A stretch of 64,000 nt of DNA from an uncultured Spirochaetota bacterium (lineage in GTDB: Bacteria; Spirochaetota; Spirochaetia; SZUA-6; CAVTHK01). The notes below the pieces were generated by a model that searched no databases, was not told where the DNA came from, and saw only the letters and a program-made list of their open reading frames with translations. The translations under genes and the position numbers were made by a program. The stretch is taken from contig CAVTHK010000009.1 in the NCBI GenBank assembly GCA_963734495.1, positions 267,308-331,307 on the forward strand, in the 5' to 3' direction. Positions 30,304 to 40,169 of the stretch are shown here, piece by piece (the first letter of the stretch is position 1; every line of letters starts with the position of its first letter).

Positions 30304-31170
30304 ATGGACCGAAAGAGGGTGTGGATCGCGACAGTCGTCGCCGTCGCCGTGCTCCTGTGCGGCGCCGCCGCCTGGGCAAGCCCCACCAAGGAGCAGGCCG
30401 CGGCAGGCGCGCAGCCGGCGGCCGCGGCCAAGGCGACGACGGGCAAGTACAGCTGGCCGCAGAACTGGTACGACGCCCCGATCGCGAAGATGACGAAGCT
30501 CAAGGAGGCGCCGATGCTGGCCGAGCTCGTCAAGGCCGGCAAGCTCCCGCCCGTGGAGCAGAGGGTGCCCAGGGAGCCGCTGCTCGTCGCCCCGTACGAG
30601 AAGGTCGGCGTTTACGGCGGCACTCTGCGCGTGGCGCGCATGGGCCCCGCGGACTGGGGCGACATGCACCGGGGCAAAACCTCAAGCAGATCTCGCAGGA
30701 GCTCTACGAAAGCCGCGGGGACGCGAACGAGCTCGACGTCGCGATCTTCCCCTCCGAGGCCGACCTCGAGACGCGCGTGCAGCTCTCGCTCAACTACGAC
30801 CAGAGCGGCGCGGCGTTCGGCTACGCGCCCGAGTGGCAGAGCTGGCTCGCGCACCAGCGGTGGGACAAGGGCGGGCAGGAAAGGCGCCGAGCCGGCCAAG
30901 GGCGAGGAGCCTCCGGCCGACGAGAAGAGCTTTATCGACCTGTACGCCGCCTACATCAACGCGGTCGACCCCGTCGAGTACGCGAAGCTCGCCAAAGAGT
31001 TCTGGGCGATGGCGACGAAGCGCCTGGAGCTGATCGGCACCGTCGGCAAGGTCCCGCGGCCGATCATCATCAGCAACCGCATCCAGAACGTTCCGGAAAG
31101 GCTTCCGTTCGCCTTCGAGACCATGTTGTGGGTCCCGCCGACCCCGTGGCAGTGGTACGTCAAGGAATAA
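30304..31170 (+). pseudogene. Family-5 (peptide/oligosaccharide-type) solute-binding protein, internally deleted and frame-disrupted
   Basis: ATG follows AGGAGG and encodes a signal peptide. The first ~122 aa (..LPPVEQRVPREPLLVAPYEKVGVYGGTLRVAR..) are joined near 30675 directly to sequence typical of the last third of such ~600-aa proteins (..LYESRGDANELDVAIF..APEWQSWLAHQRWDKGG..VGKVPRPIIISNRIQNVPE..). A second frame switch lies at ~30880. Confidence 0.7.
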
Positions 31171-31218
31171 CGACAGGTTGAAGGCGCCCGCCCGCGCGTC
31201 GAGCGCGTCGCGGGCGCC

Positions 31219-32205
31219 TCAGCCTCGGGCGTCCGGGTCCGGCAGCGGATAGGCGCCGAAGTCGGCGACCGCCCGCTCGAGCGCCTCGATGTGGGCGGGC
31301 GGGAACGGCATGCCCTGGTCGGGCCCGCAGATGTAGCCGCCCTCGCGGCCGAGGAGGCGGATCCGCCCCTCGACCTCGGCGCGGACGCGCCGAGGCGGCC
31401 CCTGCATGATCGTGTGCGACGAGACGCCGCCCTGCAGCGCCATGCGCCCCTGCGGTGGCCGGCGCAGCTCCGCGAGATCATTCGCGGTCGCCTGCGCCGG
31501 ATTGAGGATGTCCACGCCGATGTCCATGAGCTCCGGCGCGAGCTCCCGGACGCTGCCGCAGGAGTGGAACGAGACGAGGCACCCCTCGGCCTTGTAGAGG
31601 CTCACGAGCCTCGCGTAGCGCGGCTTGAAGAACTCCCGGAATGCTGCGAGCGACACGAGCGGCGCGCGCTGCGTGCCGTGGTCGTCGCCGAGCGTTGCCA
31701 TCTCGACTCCGAGGGCGAGGTACTCCTCGGCCACGCCGAGCTGGAACTCGAGGATGCGGTCGAGGAGCCGGTGGACCTTGCGCGGCTCTTCGAGCATCGC
31801 GACGAACAGGTCCTCCATGCCCGCGAGCTTCCAGGCCCGCTCGAGCAGGGTGCTGCGGTGGCTCGCTGCGAGGATGAGCTCGCTCCTGTGCGCCGCGCCG
31901 CGAACGGCCTCGCGGGCCGCGGCATAGAGCGCGGGGTCATGCGGGTCAGGCCACCGGTAGTCCTCCCAGCTCGCGAGAGCCTGCAGCGGGTGGAAGACGG
32001 GGAACGGCATCACGCCTTCGTGCGAGTGCCTGTGCCGCACCTGCCAGAGATCGGTCCAGGTCTCCGCGCCGGGCGGCCTGTTGTCCTCGGGGTTCACGCC
32101 GAAGTAGCCGATCGCGAGCACCGGCAGCGAGCGGGAGCAGGGGACGCGGTCGGGCGTGCCGAAACGGACGCACTCGAGAAAGTTCTGTTTCGCGTCGACT
32201 GCCAT
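31219..32205 (-). CDS. Uroporphyrinogen decarboxylase (URO-D) family protein (MtaA/CmuA-like fold)
   Basis: Intact 328 aa reading ..LGDDHGTQRAPLVSLAAFREFFKPRY..FHSCGSVRELAPELMDIGVDILNP... The ATG lies 3 nt after the dhaM stop. Confidence 0.75.
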   Translation of the reverse strand: MAVDAKQNFLECVRFGTPDRVPCSRSLPVLAIGYFGVNPEDNRPPGAETWTDLWQVRHRHSHEGVMPFPVFHPLQALASWEDYRWPDPHDPALYAAAREAVRGAAHRSELILAASHRSTLLERAWKLAGMEDLFVAMLEEPRKVHRLLDRILEFQLGVAEEYLALGVEMATLGDDHGTQRAPLVSLAAFREFFKPRYARLVSLYKAEGCLVSFHSCGSVRELAPELMDIGVDILNPAQATANDLAELRRPPQGRMALQGGVSSHTIMQGPPRRVRAEVEGRIRLLGREGGYICGPDQGMPFPPAHIEALERAVADFGAYPLPDPDARG

Positions 32206-32208
32206 CGC

Positions 32209-34686
32209 CTACTCCGCCGGCCCGCTCGGCTCGAGCTCCCGCAGGCCGGGGAAGCGGGCCAGCACCAGCGCGCGGACCTCGGAGGCGTCTCCCAGGGTGA
32301 GCGCCTCCTCCGCGACCCGGGCGGCGAGGGCCGAGTCCGTCCGCCGCACCGCCTCCTTGACGATCGGGAGGGAGGCGGTCGCCACGCTCAGCTCGACGAC
32401 CCCCAGGCCCACGAGGAGGGGAACCGCCGCAGGCCGGGCGGCCATCTCGCCGCACACCGTCGATGGGATGCCGGCCGCCCGGCCGGCCCGGGTCGCGGCC
32501 GCGATCACGCGCAGCAGGGCCGGATGGAGCGGGTCGGCGATCGACGCCACGTCGGGGTTCGTGCGGTCCGCCGCGAACAGGTACTGGGCGAGGTCGTTGG
32601 TCCCGATGCTGAAGAAGTCCGCGTGCGCCGCCAGCCTGTCCGCCGCGATCGCGGCGGACGGCACTTCGATCATGAGCCCGACGCGGATCGCCGGGGCGCC
32701 GAGGGCGGCCCGCTCCTCCTCGACCGCGGCGCGGAGCTCGCGCGCCTCGGCCTCCGTCGACACCATCGGGAACAGCAGCTCGACCTGCCCGCTCGCGGCC
32801 GCGCGCAGGATGGCGCGCACCTGGGCGCGGAAGATGTCGGGCATGCGGGCGTAGAGCCGGCAGCCGCGCACCCCGAGAAACGGGTTGGCCTCGCCCCGCG
32901 CGGCCATGCCGCCGATCGGCTTGTCGCCCCCGACGTCGAGGGTGCGGACCACGACCGGCCTTCCCGCGAGGCGGGAGGCGACGCCGCCGTAGATGCGCGC
33001 TTGCTCGTCCTCGCCGGGCGCCCCGGAGGGCCCCGCAAACAGCATCTCGGTCCGGAAGACGCCGACCCCGTCGGCGTGCAGCGCCGCGGCCCGCTCGGCG
33101 TCCTCCATCGACGCGATGTTGGCCGTCACGGCGATGCGGACGCCGTCGGAGGTGACCGCGGGGTCCGCCGCGCGAGCGAGGGCCGCGGCCTCGAGGGCGT
33201 CGCGGCCGGCGCGGGCCGCCTCCCAGCGGGCGCGCTCCCTCGGGGGCACCACGCGGGCGTCGCAGGCCGCGCCGTCGACCGCGAGCACCGTGCCGTCGGG
33301 CAGATCGAGAACCGCATCGCCCACGCCGATCACGAAGGGGACAGCAAGGGCGCGGGCAAAGATGGCCGCATGCGATGTGACGCCGCCCCCCGCGGCGACG
33401 ACCGCGAGCGGTCGCGCGCTCTGCAGGTCGGCCAGGCCCGACAGCAGCAGCTCCGGGACGACGAGCACCGCGCCGGCGGCATCCGGCGTCTCGGCCCCGC
33501 CCGCGAGCTCGTCGAGCACCTGGGCGCGGATGTCGACCACGTCCCACAACCGGTCGCGCAGGTAGGGGTCCTCGAGGCGGCGGTATCTCTCGATGACCGC
33601 CTCGAGCGCCCGTCCCCAGGCCTCCTCGGCGGGCACCGCGTTCTCGACCATCGCCCGCCGCGTCGCCTCGATCAGGTCCGGGTCTGCAAGCATCATGGAC
33701 TCGGCACGCAGCATGTCGGCCCGCTCGCGCCCCACCTGCGGCTCGAGCCTTTCGGCGGTCTGCTCGAGGCGCCGGCTCACGGCGGCGAGAGCGGCCGTGA
33801 GCCGCGCGAGCTCCTGCCGCGCGTCCGCGCCGGCAGCCGCGCTCCGGCGCGGGTCGCGGGGGCGGACCACGACCGCGGGCCCGATCGCGAGGCCACCGCC
33901 GCCGGCCGTACCGGCAAAGCGCGTCTTCGGCGACCCCGCCTCCGCCCGCCGCGCCGGAGCGGCGGCTTCGCCGAAGCCGCCCTCCGCCATCGCGACGACC
34001 GCCGCGACCGCCTCCGCCGCCTGCCTCCCCGAGGCCGCGACCTGCATCTCCTCGCCCTGCCGCAGCTCCAGCCCGGCGAGGCGGCTCAGGCTGAGCGCGG
34101 TCACCGGCCCGCGGCCGCGCGTCGCGTTGGCGACGGTCACGGCCGCGTCGAAGCGGGCGGCCGCCCGCACCAGGCGGGCCGCGGGCCGCGCGTGCAGCCC
34201 CAGCGGGTTCGTGACGCGCACGCGGCGCGAGACGGTCGGCGCCGTCGCGGCCGCGGGCGCAGCCTCGCCCGCCGGGCCCACCTGCTCGCGCTTGCCCTCG
34301 AGCGCGGCCTCGGCCTCCCGGCGCACCTCTTCGAGGTTGCCGCCGGAGGCCGAGCGCACGGCCGCGGCCACGGCGCCCTCGACGAGCGCGGCCGCGCACA
34401 GGGCCACCGCCCCTGCGCCAGCGGGCGTCGTCTCCGCGAGCAGCTCCAGCGCGACCTCGGCGCTGAGGATGGCGCTGCCGAGGTCCACCAGCAGCAGGGC
34501 GCCTTCCGGACCGCGGACGCTCCCGACGGCCTCGACGATGCGGGAGGCGTCGGTGCCGATCGGATGCTGCGGGTCGTCGACCCCGGCGGCTGCCGCCACG
34601 GGCACCTCGGGCGCCACCTGCGCAACGAGCTCGAGCACGCCTCTGGCGAGCGTTTCACTGTGGGAGACCAGGACAAGGCCGACCAT
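32209..34686 (-). CDS. dhaM: PEP-dependent dihydroxyacetone kinase phosphotransferase subunit DhaM fused to HPr and a full-length Enzyme I
   Basis: Intact 825 aa. The EIIA(Man)-like N-terminus is MVGLVLVSHSETLARG. The HPr-like segment is VTNPLGLHARPAARLV. The EI phospho-His region is GGVTSHAAIFARAL. The PEP-utilizer barrel motifs RTLDVGGDK, GTNDLAQY and CGEMA are present. Confidence 0.92.
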   Translation of the reverse strand: MVGLVLVSHSETLARGVLELVAQVAPEVPVAAAAGVDDPQHPIGTDASRIVEAVGSVRGPEGALLLVDLGSAILSAEVALELLAETTPAGAGAVALCAAALVEGAVAAAVRSASGGNLEEVRREAEAALEGKREQVGPAGEAAPAAATAPTVSRRVRVTNPLGLHARPAARLVRAAARFDAAVTVANATRGRGPVTALSLSRLAGLELRQGEEMQVAASGRQAAEAVAAVVAMAEGGFGEAAAPARRAEAGSPKTRFAGTAGGGGLAIGPAVVVRPRDPRRSAAAGADARQELARLTAALAAVSRRLEQTAERLEPQVGRERADMLRAESMMLADPDLIEATRRAMVENAVPAEEAWGRALEAVIERYRRLEDPYLRDRLWDVVDIRAQVLDELAGGAETPDAAGAVLVVPELLLSGLADLQSARPLAVVAAGGGVTSHAAIFARALAVPFVIGVGDAVLDLPDGTVLAVDGAACDARVVPPRERARWEAARAGRDALEAAALARAADPAVTSDGVRIAVTANIASMEDAERAAALHADGVGVFRTEMLFAGPSGAPGEDEQARIYGGVASRLAGRPVVVRTLDVGGDKPIGGMAARGEANPFLGVRGCRLYARMPDIFRAQVRAILRAAASGQVELLFPMVSTEAEARELRAAVEEERAALGAPAIRVGLMIEVPSAAIAADRLAAHADFFSIGTNDLAQYLFAADRTNPDVASIADPLHPALLRVIAAATRAGRAAGIPSTVCGEMAARPAAVPLLVGLGVVELSVATASLPIVKEAVRRTDSALAARVAEEALTLGDASEVRALVLARFPGLRELEPSGPAE

Positions 34687-34699
34687 GGCAGCGGCGCGC

Positions 34700-35317
34700 C
34701 TACGGCAGGGCCTTGAGCAGGGCCTGCATCAGGATCAGAGTGCTGGCCGCGCCGGGGTCGAGGTGCCCCGCGCTGCGCGGCCCGAGGTAGCTGGCGCGGC
34801 CCTTGCGCGCGACGAGCGGGATCGTGTCCTGCGACCCGCGCGCCGCCGCGTCGATCGCGGCGGTGACCGCCTCGCGCAGGCTGGCGCCCGATGCCGCGGC
34901 GGTCTCGAGCGCCTCCACGGCCGGCGTGAGCGCGTCGACCATCGTCTTGTCGCCCGGCTGCGCGCGGCCGCGCTGCCGGACGCCAGTCAGCCCCGCCCTG
35001 AAGAGCGCGGCGAGGGTCGCCGGCCCGAGCGATTCCTTGCCCGCGCAGGCGGCCGCGGCGCGGAGGAAGAACGTGCCGTAGAGCGGCCCGGACGCTCCCC
35101 CGACCGTCGAGATCAGCACCAGCGACGCGGTCTTGAGGACGCCGGCGATGTCCGCGGCGCCGTCGAGCTGTCCGGCGAGCTTCTGGAACCCGCGGTCCAT
35201 GTTGATGCCGTGGTCGCCGTCGCCGATCTGCTTGTCGAGGTCCGTGAGAGAGTCGCGCTCCTGGTGCAGCATCTCCGCGGCGATCCGCAGCCAGAGCGAC
35301 ACTTCGTCCTTGTCCAT
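34700..35317 (-). CDS. dhaL: Dihydroxyacetone kinase ADP-binding subunit DhaL
   Basis: ATG 35317 gives 205 aa: ..LTDLDKQIGDGDHGINMDRGF..GGASGPLYGTFF..PGDKTMVDAL... Confidence 0.92.
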   Translation of the reverse strand: MDKDEVSLWLRIAAEMLHQERDSLTDLDKQIGDGDHGINMDRGFQKLAGQLDGAADIAGVLKTASLVLISTVGGASGPLYGTFFLRAAAACAGKESLGPATLAALFRAGLTGVRQRGRAQPGDKTMVDALTPAVEALETAAASGASLREAVTAAIDAAARGSQDTIPLVARKGRASYLGPRSAGHLDPGAASTLILMQALLKALP

Positions 35318-35319
35318 GG

Positions 35320-36393
35320 TCAGACGCCCCACCTGAGGCCGGGCGTGAGCACCGGGGCGTCCCAGAGCCTCGTCATCTCGTCGTCGAGCCGCAGCAGGGT
35401 CACCGAGAAGCCCTGCATCTCGAGCGACGTGACGTAGTTCCCCACCAGGCGGCGGGCGATCGCGAGCCCCTTCTTCTCGATGATCTCCGCGGCCTTGCGG
35501 TAGACGAGCGTGAGCTCCGAGAGCGGCGTGCCGCCCATGCCGTTGACCAGGAGCAGCACGCGGTCTCCCCTGCGGAGCGCGGGGGCGACCGCCCTGCGGT
35601 CGACCTGCGCCCCGCTCGCGGCGTCCCACTCGGAGACCACGCGCTCGTAGGCCGGGTCTTCGAGCACGGCGCCGACCAGCATCTCGACGATCTCATCGGC
35701 CGGCCGCAGCGGCAGGCGCTGCCGCCCCGGCTCGCCGTGGATCCCGATGCCGATCTCCATCTCCGCTTCCCCCAGATCGAAGCCCGGCTTTCCGGCCGCG
35801 GGGACGGTGCCGGCCGCGAGGGCCATGCCCATGCTCCGCCCGGCGGCGGCGACGCGGCGGCAGAGCTCGACCAGCCGGTCGAGCGGATAGCCCGCCTCTG
35901 CCGCCGCGCCGCAGATCTTCTCCGCGAGCACGGTGGTGCCGACGCCGCGGCGGCCCTGCGTGTAGAGGCTGTCGCGCACCGCGACGTCGTCGTCGATGAG
36001 GACGCTGGCCACCGGGATCCCCTGCGCGTGGACCATCTCCGCGGCCATCTCGAAGTTCATGATGTCGCCGCTGTAGTTCTTGACGATAAAGAGAACCCCC
36101 GCTCCGCCGTGCACCCGCGCGGCGGCCGCGGCCATCTGGTCGGGCGTGGGCGAGGTGAACACCTCGCCGGGACAGGCGGCGTCGAGCATCCCGCGGCCGA
36201 CGAAGCCGCCGTGCATCGGCTCGTGCCCGCTCCCGCCGCCGGAGACGAGCGCCGCCTTGCCGCGCGCCGGCGCGTCGGCCCGGCACACGAACGTCGGGTC
36301 GAAGCTGACCGCGATCAGCTCTCCGTACGCAGCGGCCAGACCCTGCAGGCTCTCGCGGACGAAGTCCTCGGGCCGGTTGATCAGCTTCTTCAC
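35320..36393 (-). CDS. dhaK: Dihydroxyacetone kinase DHA-binding subunit DhaK
   Basis: GTG 36393 gives [18 protein letters not shown], followed by ..[33 protein letters not shown]... The stop lies 2 nt before the dhaL ATG. Confidence 0.92.
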   Translation of the reverse strand: MKKLINRPEDFVRESLQGLAAAYGELIAVSFDPTFVCRADAPARGKAALVSGGGSGHEPMHGGFVGRGMLDAACPGEVFTSPTPDQMAAAAARVHGGAGVLFIVKNYSGDIMNFEMAAEMVHAQGIPVASVLIDDDVAVRDSLYTQGRRGVGTTVLAEKICGAAAEAGYPLDRLVELCRRVAAAGRSMGMALAAGTVPAAGKPGFDLGEAEMEIGIGIHGEPGRQRLPLRPADEIVEMLVGAVLEDPAYERVVSEWDAASGAQVDRRAVAPALRRGDRVLLLVNGMGGTPLSELTLVYRKAAEIIEKKGLAIARRLVGNYVTSLEMQGFSVTLLRLDDEMTRLWDAPVLTPGLRWGV

Positions 36394-36527
36394 TGGCTCA
36401 CCCCTCGAGGCTTCTACCGTAGATCGGCCGGCGGCGGTGGTCAACGGGCGCGCGGCGGTCGGCGGGTTGCGTCGCGGAGCCGGTTTGCACTAACCTCGAG
36501 CCCGTCCGCAGTTGAAAAGGAGGCAAA

Positions 36528-37322
36528 ATGAAGAAGGTCGCCGTCGGGGCCCTCTTCGCGTTTCTCGTCGCCGGCGCTTTGGCGGCCGAGGACATCCGCA
36601 TCGTCGTCCCCTACCTGGGCGCGGCGACGGACGTGTACAAGGACGATGCAAAGGGGATCGATCTGACCGACACGAGGCTCATGGAGGGGCTCTACCTCCA
36701 GTGGGTCAACCCGGAGCTGTTCCAGGCCAACGTCTTTGTCTACCACTCGGCGGACATCAACTACAGTCAGCTCTGGGGCGTCCACCTGATCGGCGACGTC
36801 TACGTCTGGTCCGACCCGCTGGGAAAGGCGGCCCTGGGCGCCGGGCTCGACATGCTGCGCCTCGACATGGACGCGGGCGACAACATCGTGCCCCTCAAGA
36901 GCTTCGAGCTGCCGATGACGCTGTACGCGCCCTACGTGAGGGCGGGCCACTACTTCAACTTCGGCTCGGGCGGCATGGTGAGCCTCTCTGTGCTCCCGTG
37001 GGCGGGCGCTGAGTACGACATCACCCGCGGCGACCTCTCGTTCGTCCCGCCCGGCCCACCGATGACGATCAAGCAGAGCATCGACGACGAGACGCTCTAC
37101 GGCCTCGCGGGCATCAACGCCGGCGCCGTGATCATGCACTTCATCGAGATCCAGGCGAAGTACCGGGCGACGTTCAACGAGGACGACTACCTCAACACGT
37201 TCGACGCGATGCTCAACTTCTACCTCAACCGCCACTGGGGCGTCTCTTACCGCTTCAAGTACATGGAGACCACGAGCGGGTCCGTGAGCTACCACATCGG
37301 CGGGATCGCGTACGTGTTCTGA
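36528..37322 (+). CDS. Hypothetical secreted protein, probable outer-membrane beta-barrel
   Basis: ATG follows AAAAGGAGG and encodes the signal peptide MKKVAVGALFAFLVAGALAAE. The sequence shows alternating beta-strand-like patterns and ends in the aromatic C-terminus ..IGGIAYVF. Confidence 0.7.
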   Translation: MKKVAVGALFAFLVAGALAAEDIRIVVPYLGAATDVYKDDAKGIDLTDTRLMEGLYLQWVNPELFQANVFVYHSADINYSQLWGVHLIGDVYVWSDPLGKAALGAGLDMLRLDMDAGDNIVPLKSFELPMTLYAPYVRAGHYFNFGSGGMVSLSVLPWAGAEYDITRGDLSFVPPGPPMTIKQSIDDETLYGLAGINAGAVIMHFIEIQAKYRATFNEDDYLNTFDAMLNFYLNRHWGVSYRFKYMETTSGSVSYHIGGIAYVF

Positions 37323-37354
37323 CGGCACGCGGGCGGCCCCGCGCTCCCGCCGTC
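37321..37354. terminator. Imperfect GC hairpin filling the gap between two convergent stop codons
   Basis: GACGGC-a-CGCGGG-cggc-CCCGCG-ctccc-GCCGTC lies between the TGA at 37320-37322 and the minus-strand stop at 37353-37355. Confidence 0.4.
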
Positions 37355-38507
37355 AGTCGAGGGACCCCGTGAAGACGAAGTCGTGCCGGACGGGGACCTT
37401 CACCTTCTTCCCTGATTCTCCGACGAAGCACACGAGCCCCTCGTCGAAGACGGCGCTCAATGCCCGGCCGAAACCGCGGGGCACCCGGGCGACGCCTTCG
37501 ATGTAGTTGACGGCGAATGGACGGGCAGGCGACAGCTTGCGGGTGGTGGCGATGCCTTTCTGGTTGAGCTCGTTCCGCTTGAGCGACGCTGCCAGACCGC
37601 TCGCGAAATAGGCGCAGACGTCCTCGAGGCCGATGCAGCAGTTGCGGCCGTTCCACGGGCTGCCGTGGCGGCCGTGGTTCTCCATCCAGAAGACCGTCGA
37701 CGGCAGCACCGCCGGGTCCTTGATCGCGAACCAGATCCACCCGGCCGAAGCGTTGACCGCCGTTGTCCACGCGGGCCCGAACGAAGGCTTGTTGTAGACC
37801 TGGATGATGTCGCAGAAGCCGCGCCGCCGCGGGAAGCTCGCGCACGAGTCCCAGGGCATCTCCTTCCAGACGGTGGGCACCCTGTCGAGGCCGCGGAATG
37901 TCGCCCCCGCGGCGAGAGCGTTGTACTCCCCGCCGCTCTCGAACGTCGCCGGCGGCCGCGGGCTCACCTTGCCGAAGAGAAGCGGGCTCGTGGAGACGAG
38001 CAGCGCGTCGGGCTTCTCGCCGCCCGCGAGCGTGGCGTGGTGGCCGAGCGAGGTGCGGACGTCGTAGCCTTCGAGCACGTCGCTCAAGTAGACGGCGTTG
38101 TGCCCCTCGACGAGCTGGACGTGCTTGGTCACGCGGCCGGCGATCTTCGCGGTGCTCATCTCGAGCGTCAGGCGCGTGACCGGACCCGACCGCTGGAGGC
38201 CGCGCAGGGTCCACGCTTCCGTCGCGGGCTCGCCGTGGGTAGTGTGGGCCACGCCTCTGACCGTGCAGTCGCCGCCGAAAGGCAGGCAGAAAAAGTCGCC
38301 CCTGAGGGGCTCGAGCACGGGCCGGTCCACCGCGATCCCTTCGCCCTGCCAGGGGCTGATGTGGTAGGGCTGCACCGCCTCGCCGGTGTCGCTGCAGAAC
38401 GAGACGGGCGCCATCTGGCCGCCCTTTCGCGTGATCGCCGCGCGCACCTGCCCGTTCTCCACGACCCACGAAGGCTGCGCCGCGATGACCTCTGTTCTCG
38501 GCTCCAT
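37353..38507 (-). CDS. Hypothetical protein (possibly galactose-mutarotase-like fold; family not recognised with certainty)
   Basis: Intact 384-aa ORF with protein-like composition (..HISPWQGEG..FFCLPFGGD..FWMENHGRHGSPWNGRNCCIGLEDV..). The opposing +ORF 37665..39857 is Arg/Gly/Asp-rich shadow sequence. Confidence 0.65.
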   Translation of the reverse strand: MEPRTEVIAAQPSWVVENGQVRAAITRKGGQMAPVSFCSDTGEAVQPYHISPWQGEGIAVDRPVLEPLRGDFFCLPFGGDCTVRGVAHTTHGEPATEAWTLRGLQRSGPVTRLTLEMSTAKIAGRVTKHVQLVEGHNAVYLSDVLEGYDVRTSLGHHATLAGGEKPDALLVSTSPLLFGKVSPRPPATFESGGEYNALAAGATFRGLDRVPTVWKEMPWDSCASFPRRRGFCDIIQVYNKPSFGPAWTTAVNASAGWIWFAIKDPAVLPSTVFWMENHGRHGSPWNGRNCCIGLEDVCAYFASGLAASLKRNELNQKGIATTRKLSPARPFAVNYIEGVARVPRGFGRALSAVFDEGLVCFVGESGKKVKVPVRHDFVFTGSLD

Positions 38508-38546
38508 CCTCGCTCCTCCCCCGCTGTTATCCTACCACGACCGCCC

Positions 38547-39719
38547 TCAGGCGACTCCGAGAAATCGCTCTGCCAGCGCGCAGTACAGAGGGATCGCCCT
38601 GAGGTAGTCCTCGATGTCGATGTACTCATCCGGCTTGTGCGCCAGGTCTTCGCGGCCGGGGCCGATGATGACGAACGGGACCGGTGGATCCGAGCAGAGC
38701 ACGCTCGCGTCGGTCGCGTACCCCGGCGTGGGAAGCGCCTCCTGGCGGAGCCCGAGCTGCTCCCGGCAGAGATCGAGCGCGAGCCGGACGATGCGCTCCG
38801 AGGCGGAGCAGGCGACCGCGACGCGGCTGCCGGTGGCGTGGACGCGCGCCTCCAGCCCGGGGCGCCTCGCCTGCGCGCGCCGGATCGCGGCGTGGATCTC
38901 GGAGAGCATCGCGTCCGCGCTCACGCCGGGAGGGACGCGCATGTCGATGCTCGCGCGGCAGGTGTCGGGGACGACGTTCGGGCCGACCCCGCCGTGGATC
39001 GTTCCGATGTTGAGGGTCGCGCGGCCGTGGGCGGCGTCCGGCCCTTCGGGGAGCGGGATCTCGACGACCTCGGCCAGCAGCGCCTGCATGTCCACGATCG
39101 CGTTGCGCCCGAGATGCGGCATCGAGCCGTGGGCGGTGCGGCCCACGGTTTCCAGCTCCAGCCAGCAGGTGCCCTTTTCCGCGATGTAGACGCGAAAGCC
39201 CGTCGGCTCGCCGATGACCACGCCCGCGGCTTCGCGCATGATGCCGTCGGCGACCAGGCGGGAGGCGCCGCTGCCGCGGATCTCCTCGTCGGCGACGGCC
39301 GTGAAGATCACGTCGCCGCGCAGCTTCCTGCCGCTGCGAGCGAGCAGCTCGAGCGCGATCAGCATGGCCGCGACGCCGCTCTTCATGTCGGAGGAGCCGC
39401 GGCCGTAGAGCCTGCCGCGGTCGATCTGCGCGCCGAAGGGCGGACGCCGCCAGGGGACCTCGCCGGGCGGGACGACGTCGATATGGCCGTTCAGGACGAG
39501 CGCGGGCGCCTCGCCCGAGCCTTTGAGTCGCGCGACGACGTTGGCGCGCCCGGGCGCGATCTCCGTCACCTCGGGCCGGAAGCCCCGCCGGTCGAGCGCC
39601 GTCGCGATCAGGTCGGCCGCCGGCTTTTCCCGGCCCGGCGGGTTGATCGTCTCCAGGCGCACGAGGTCGGCGAGCAGGCGGACCGCCTCGTCGCGGTCAA
39701 AGGGGTACGCGGTGCCCAT
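38547..39719 (-). CDS. M20 family metallopeptidase (ArgE/DapE/acetylornithine deacetylase-like)
   Basis: Motifs ..LNGHIDVVPPG.., GRGSSDMKSG and TAVADEEIRGSGA are present. ATG 39719 follows AAGGTG. GTG 39728 is an alternative start. Confidence 0.88.
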   Translation of the reverse strand: MGTAYPFDRDEAVRLLADLVRLETINPPGREKPAADLIATALDRRGFRPEVTEIAPGRANVVARLKGSGEAPALVLNGHIDVVPPGEVPWRRPPFGAQIDRGRLYGRGSSDMKSGVAAMLIALELLARSGRKLRGDVIFTAVADEEIRGSGASRLVADGIMREAAGVVIGEPTGFRVYIAEKGTCWLELETVGRTAHGSMPHLGRNAIVDMQALLAEVVEIPLPEGPDAAHGRATLNIGTIHGGVGPNVVPDTCRASIDMRVPPGVSADAMLSEIHAAIRRAQARRPGLEARVHATGSRVAVACSASERIVRLALDLCREQLGLRQEALPTPGYATDASVLCSDPPVPFVIIGPGREDLAHKPDEYIDIEDYLRAIPLYCALAERFLGVA

Positions 39720-39729
39720 GGCGCGCACC

Positions 39730-40005
39730 TTAGCCGCCGCTGCCGCCGGTGGGAAGGGCCCCGGGCGCGTCCGGGCCGGGGGTGCCGGGGGGCGCCGGTG
39801 ACGCAGGGGGCGTGGCGGGCCGCGGCCGCCCGAGCGCGCGCTTCATCGCGACCTTGAAGGCGAACCGCATCACCTGCTCCGTGGTTACCGCCGGGCCGTG
39901 GCGCCTTCGCATGATGAGAGTCACCGCCTTGATCCCCGCCTCGCCGAGGATGAGGTAGACAAAGCGGTCCCGTTCCTCCGGGGTCATATCCTCGTAGGTG
40001 ACCAC
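39730..40005 (-). CDS. Small hypothetical protein with Pro-rich tail
   Basis: 91-codon ORF with GC3-rich codons and a globular-looking N-terminus (MVTYEDMTPEERDRFVYLILGEAGIKAVTLIM..). Its stop lies inside the SD region of the M20 gene. No family recognised. Confidence 0.4.
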   Translation of the reverse strand: MVTYEDMTPEERDRFVYLILGEAGIKAVTLIMRRRHGPAVTTEQVMRFAFKVAMKRALGRPRPATPPASPAPPGTPGPDAPGALPTGGSGG

Positions 40006-40169
40006 GAGTCAAGCATAGACCGCGGGCCGCGCCCGCGCCAGAGGCGGGACCGGACGGCGTCCCGCTCGCTCGACAGCGCCGCGGGCAGCGGCTATCCTCA
40101 CCGCGCCGCGGCGTCCCGGCGAAGCGGCCGCCGGAACGGGGCTGGTCGCCCCCGCGGGGGCGCAAGAGG

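Noticed and set aside
31291-34716. Very long ORFs overlapping dhaM (1141 aa on + at 31291..34716, and 817 aa on - at 31946..34399)
   Set aside because: Their translations are dominated by Arg/Gly/Pro/Ala/Asp with no recognisable motifs. The 32209..34686 minus frame carries EIIA, HPr and Enzyme I signatures throughout. These are typical stop-poor shadow frames of high-GC DNA.
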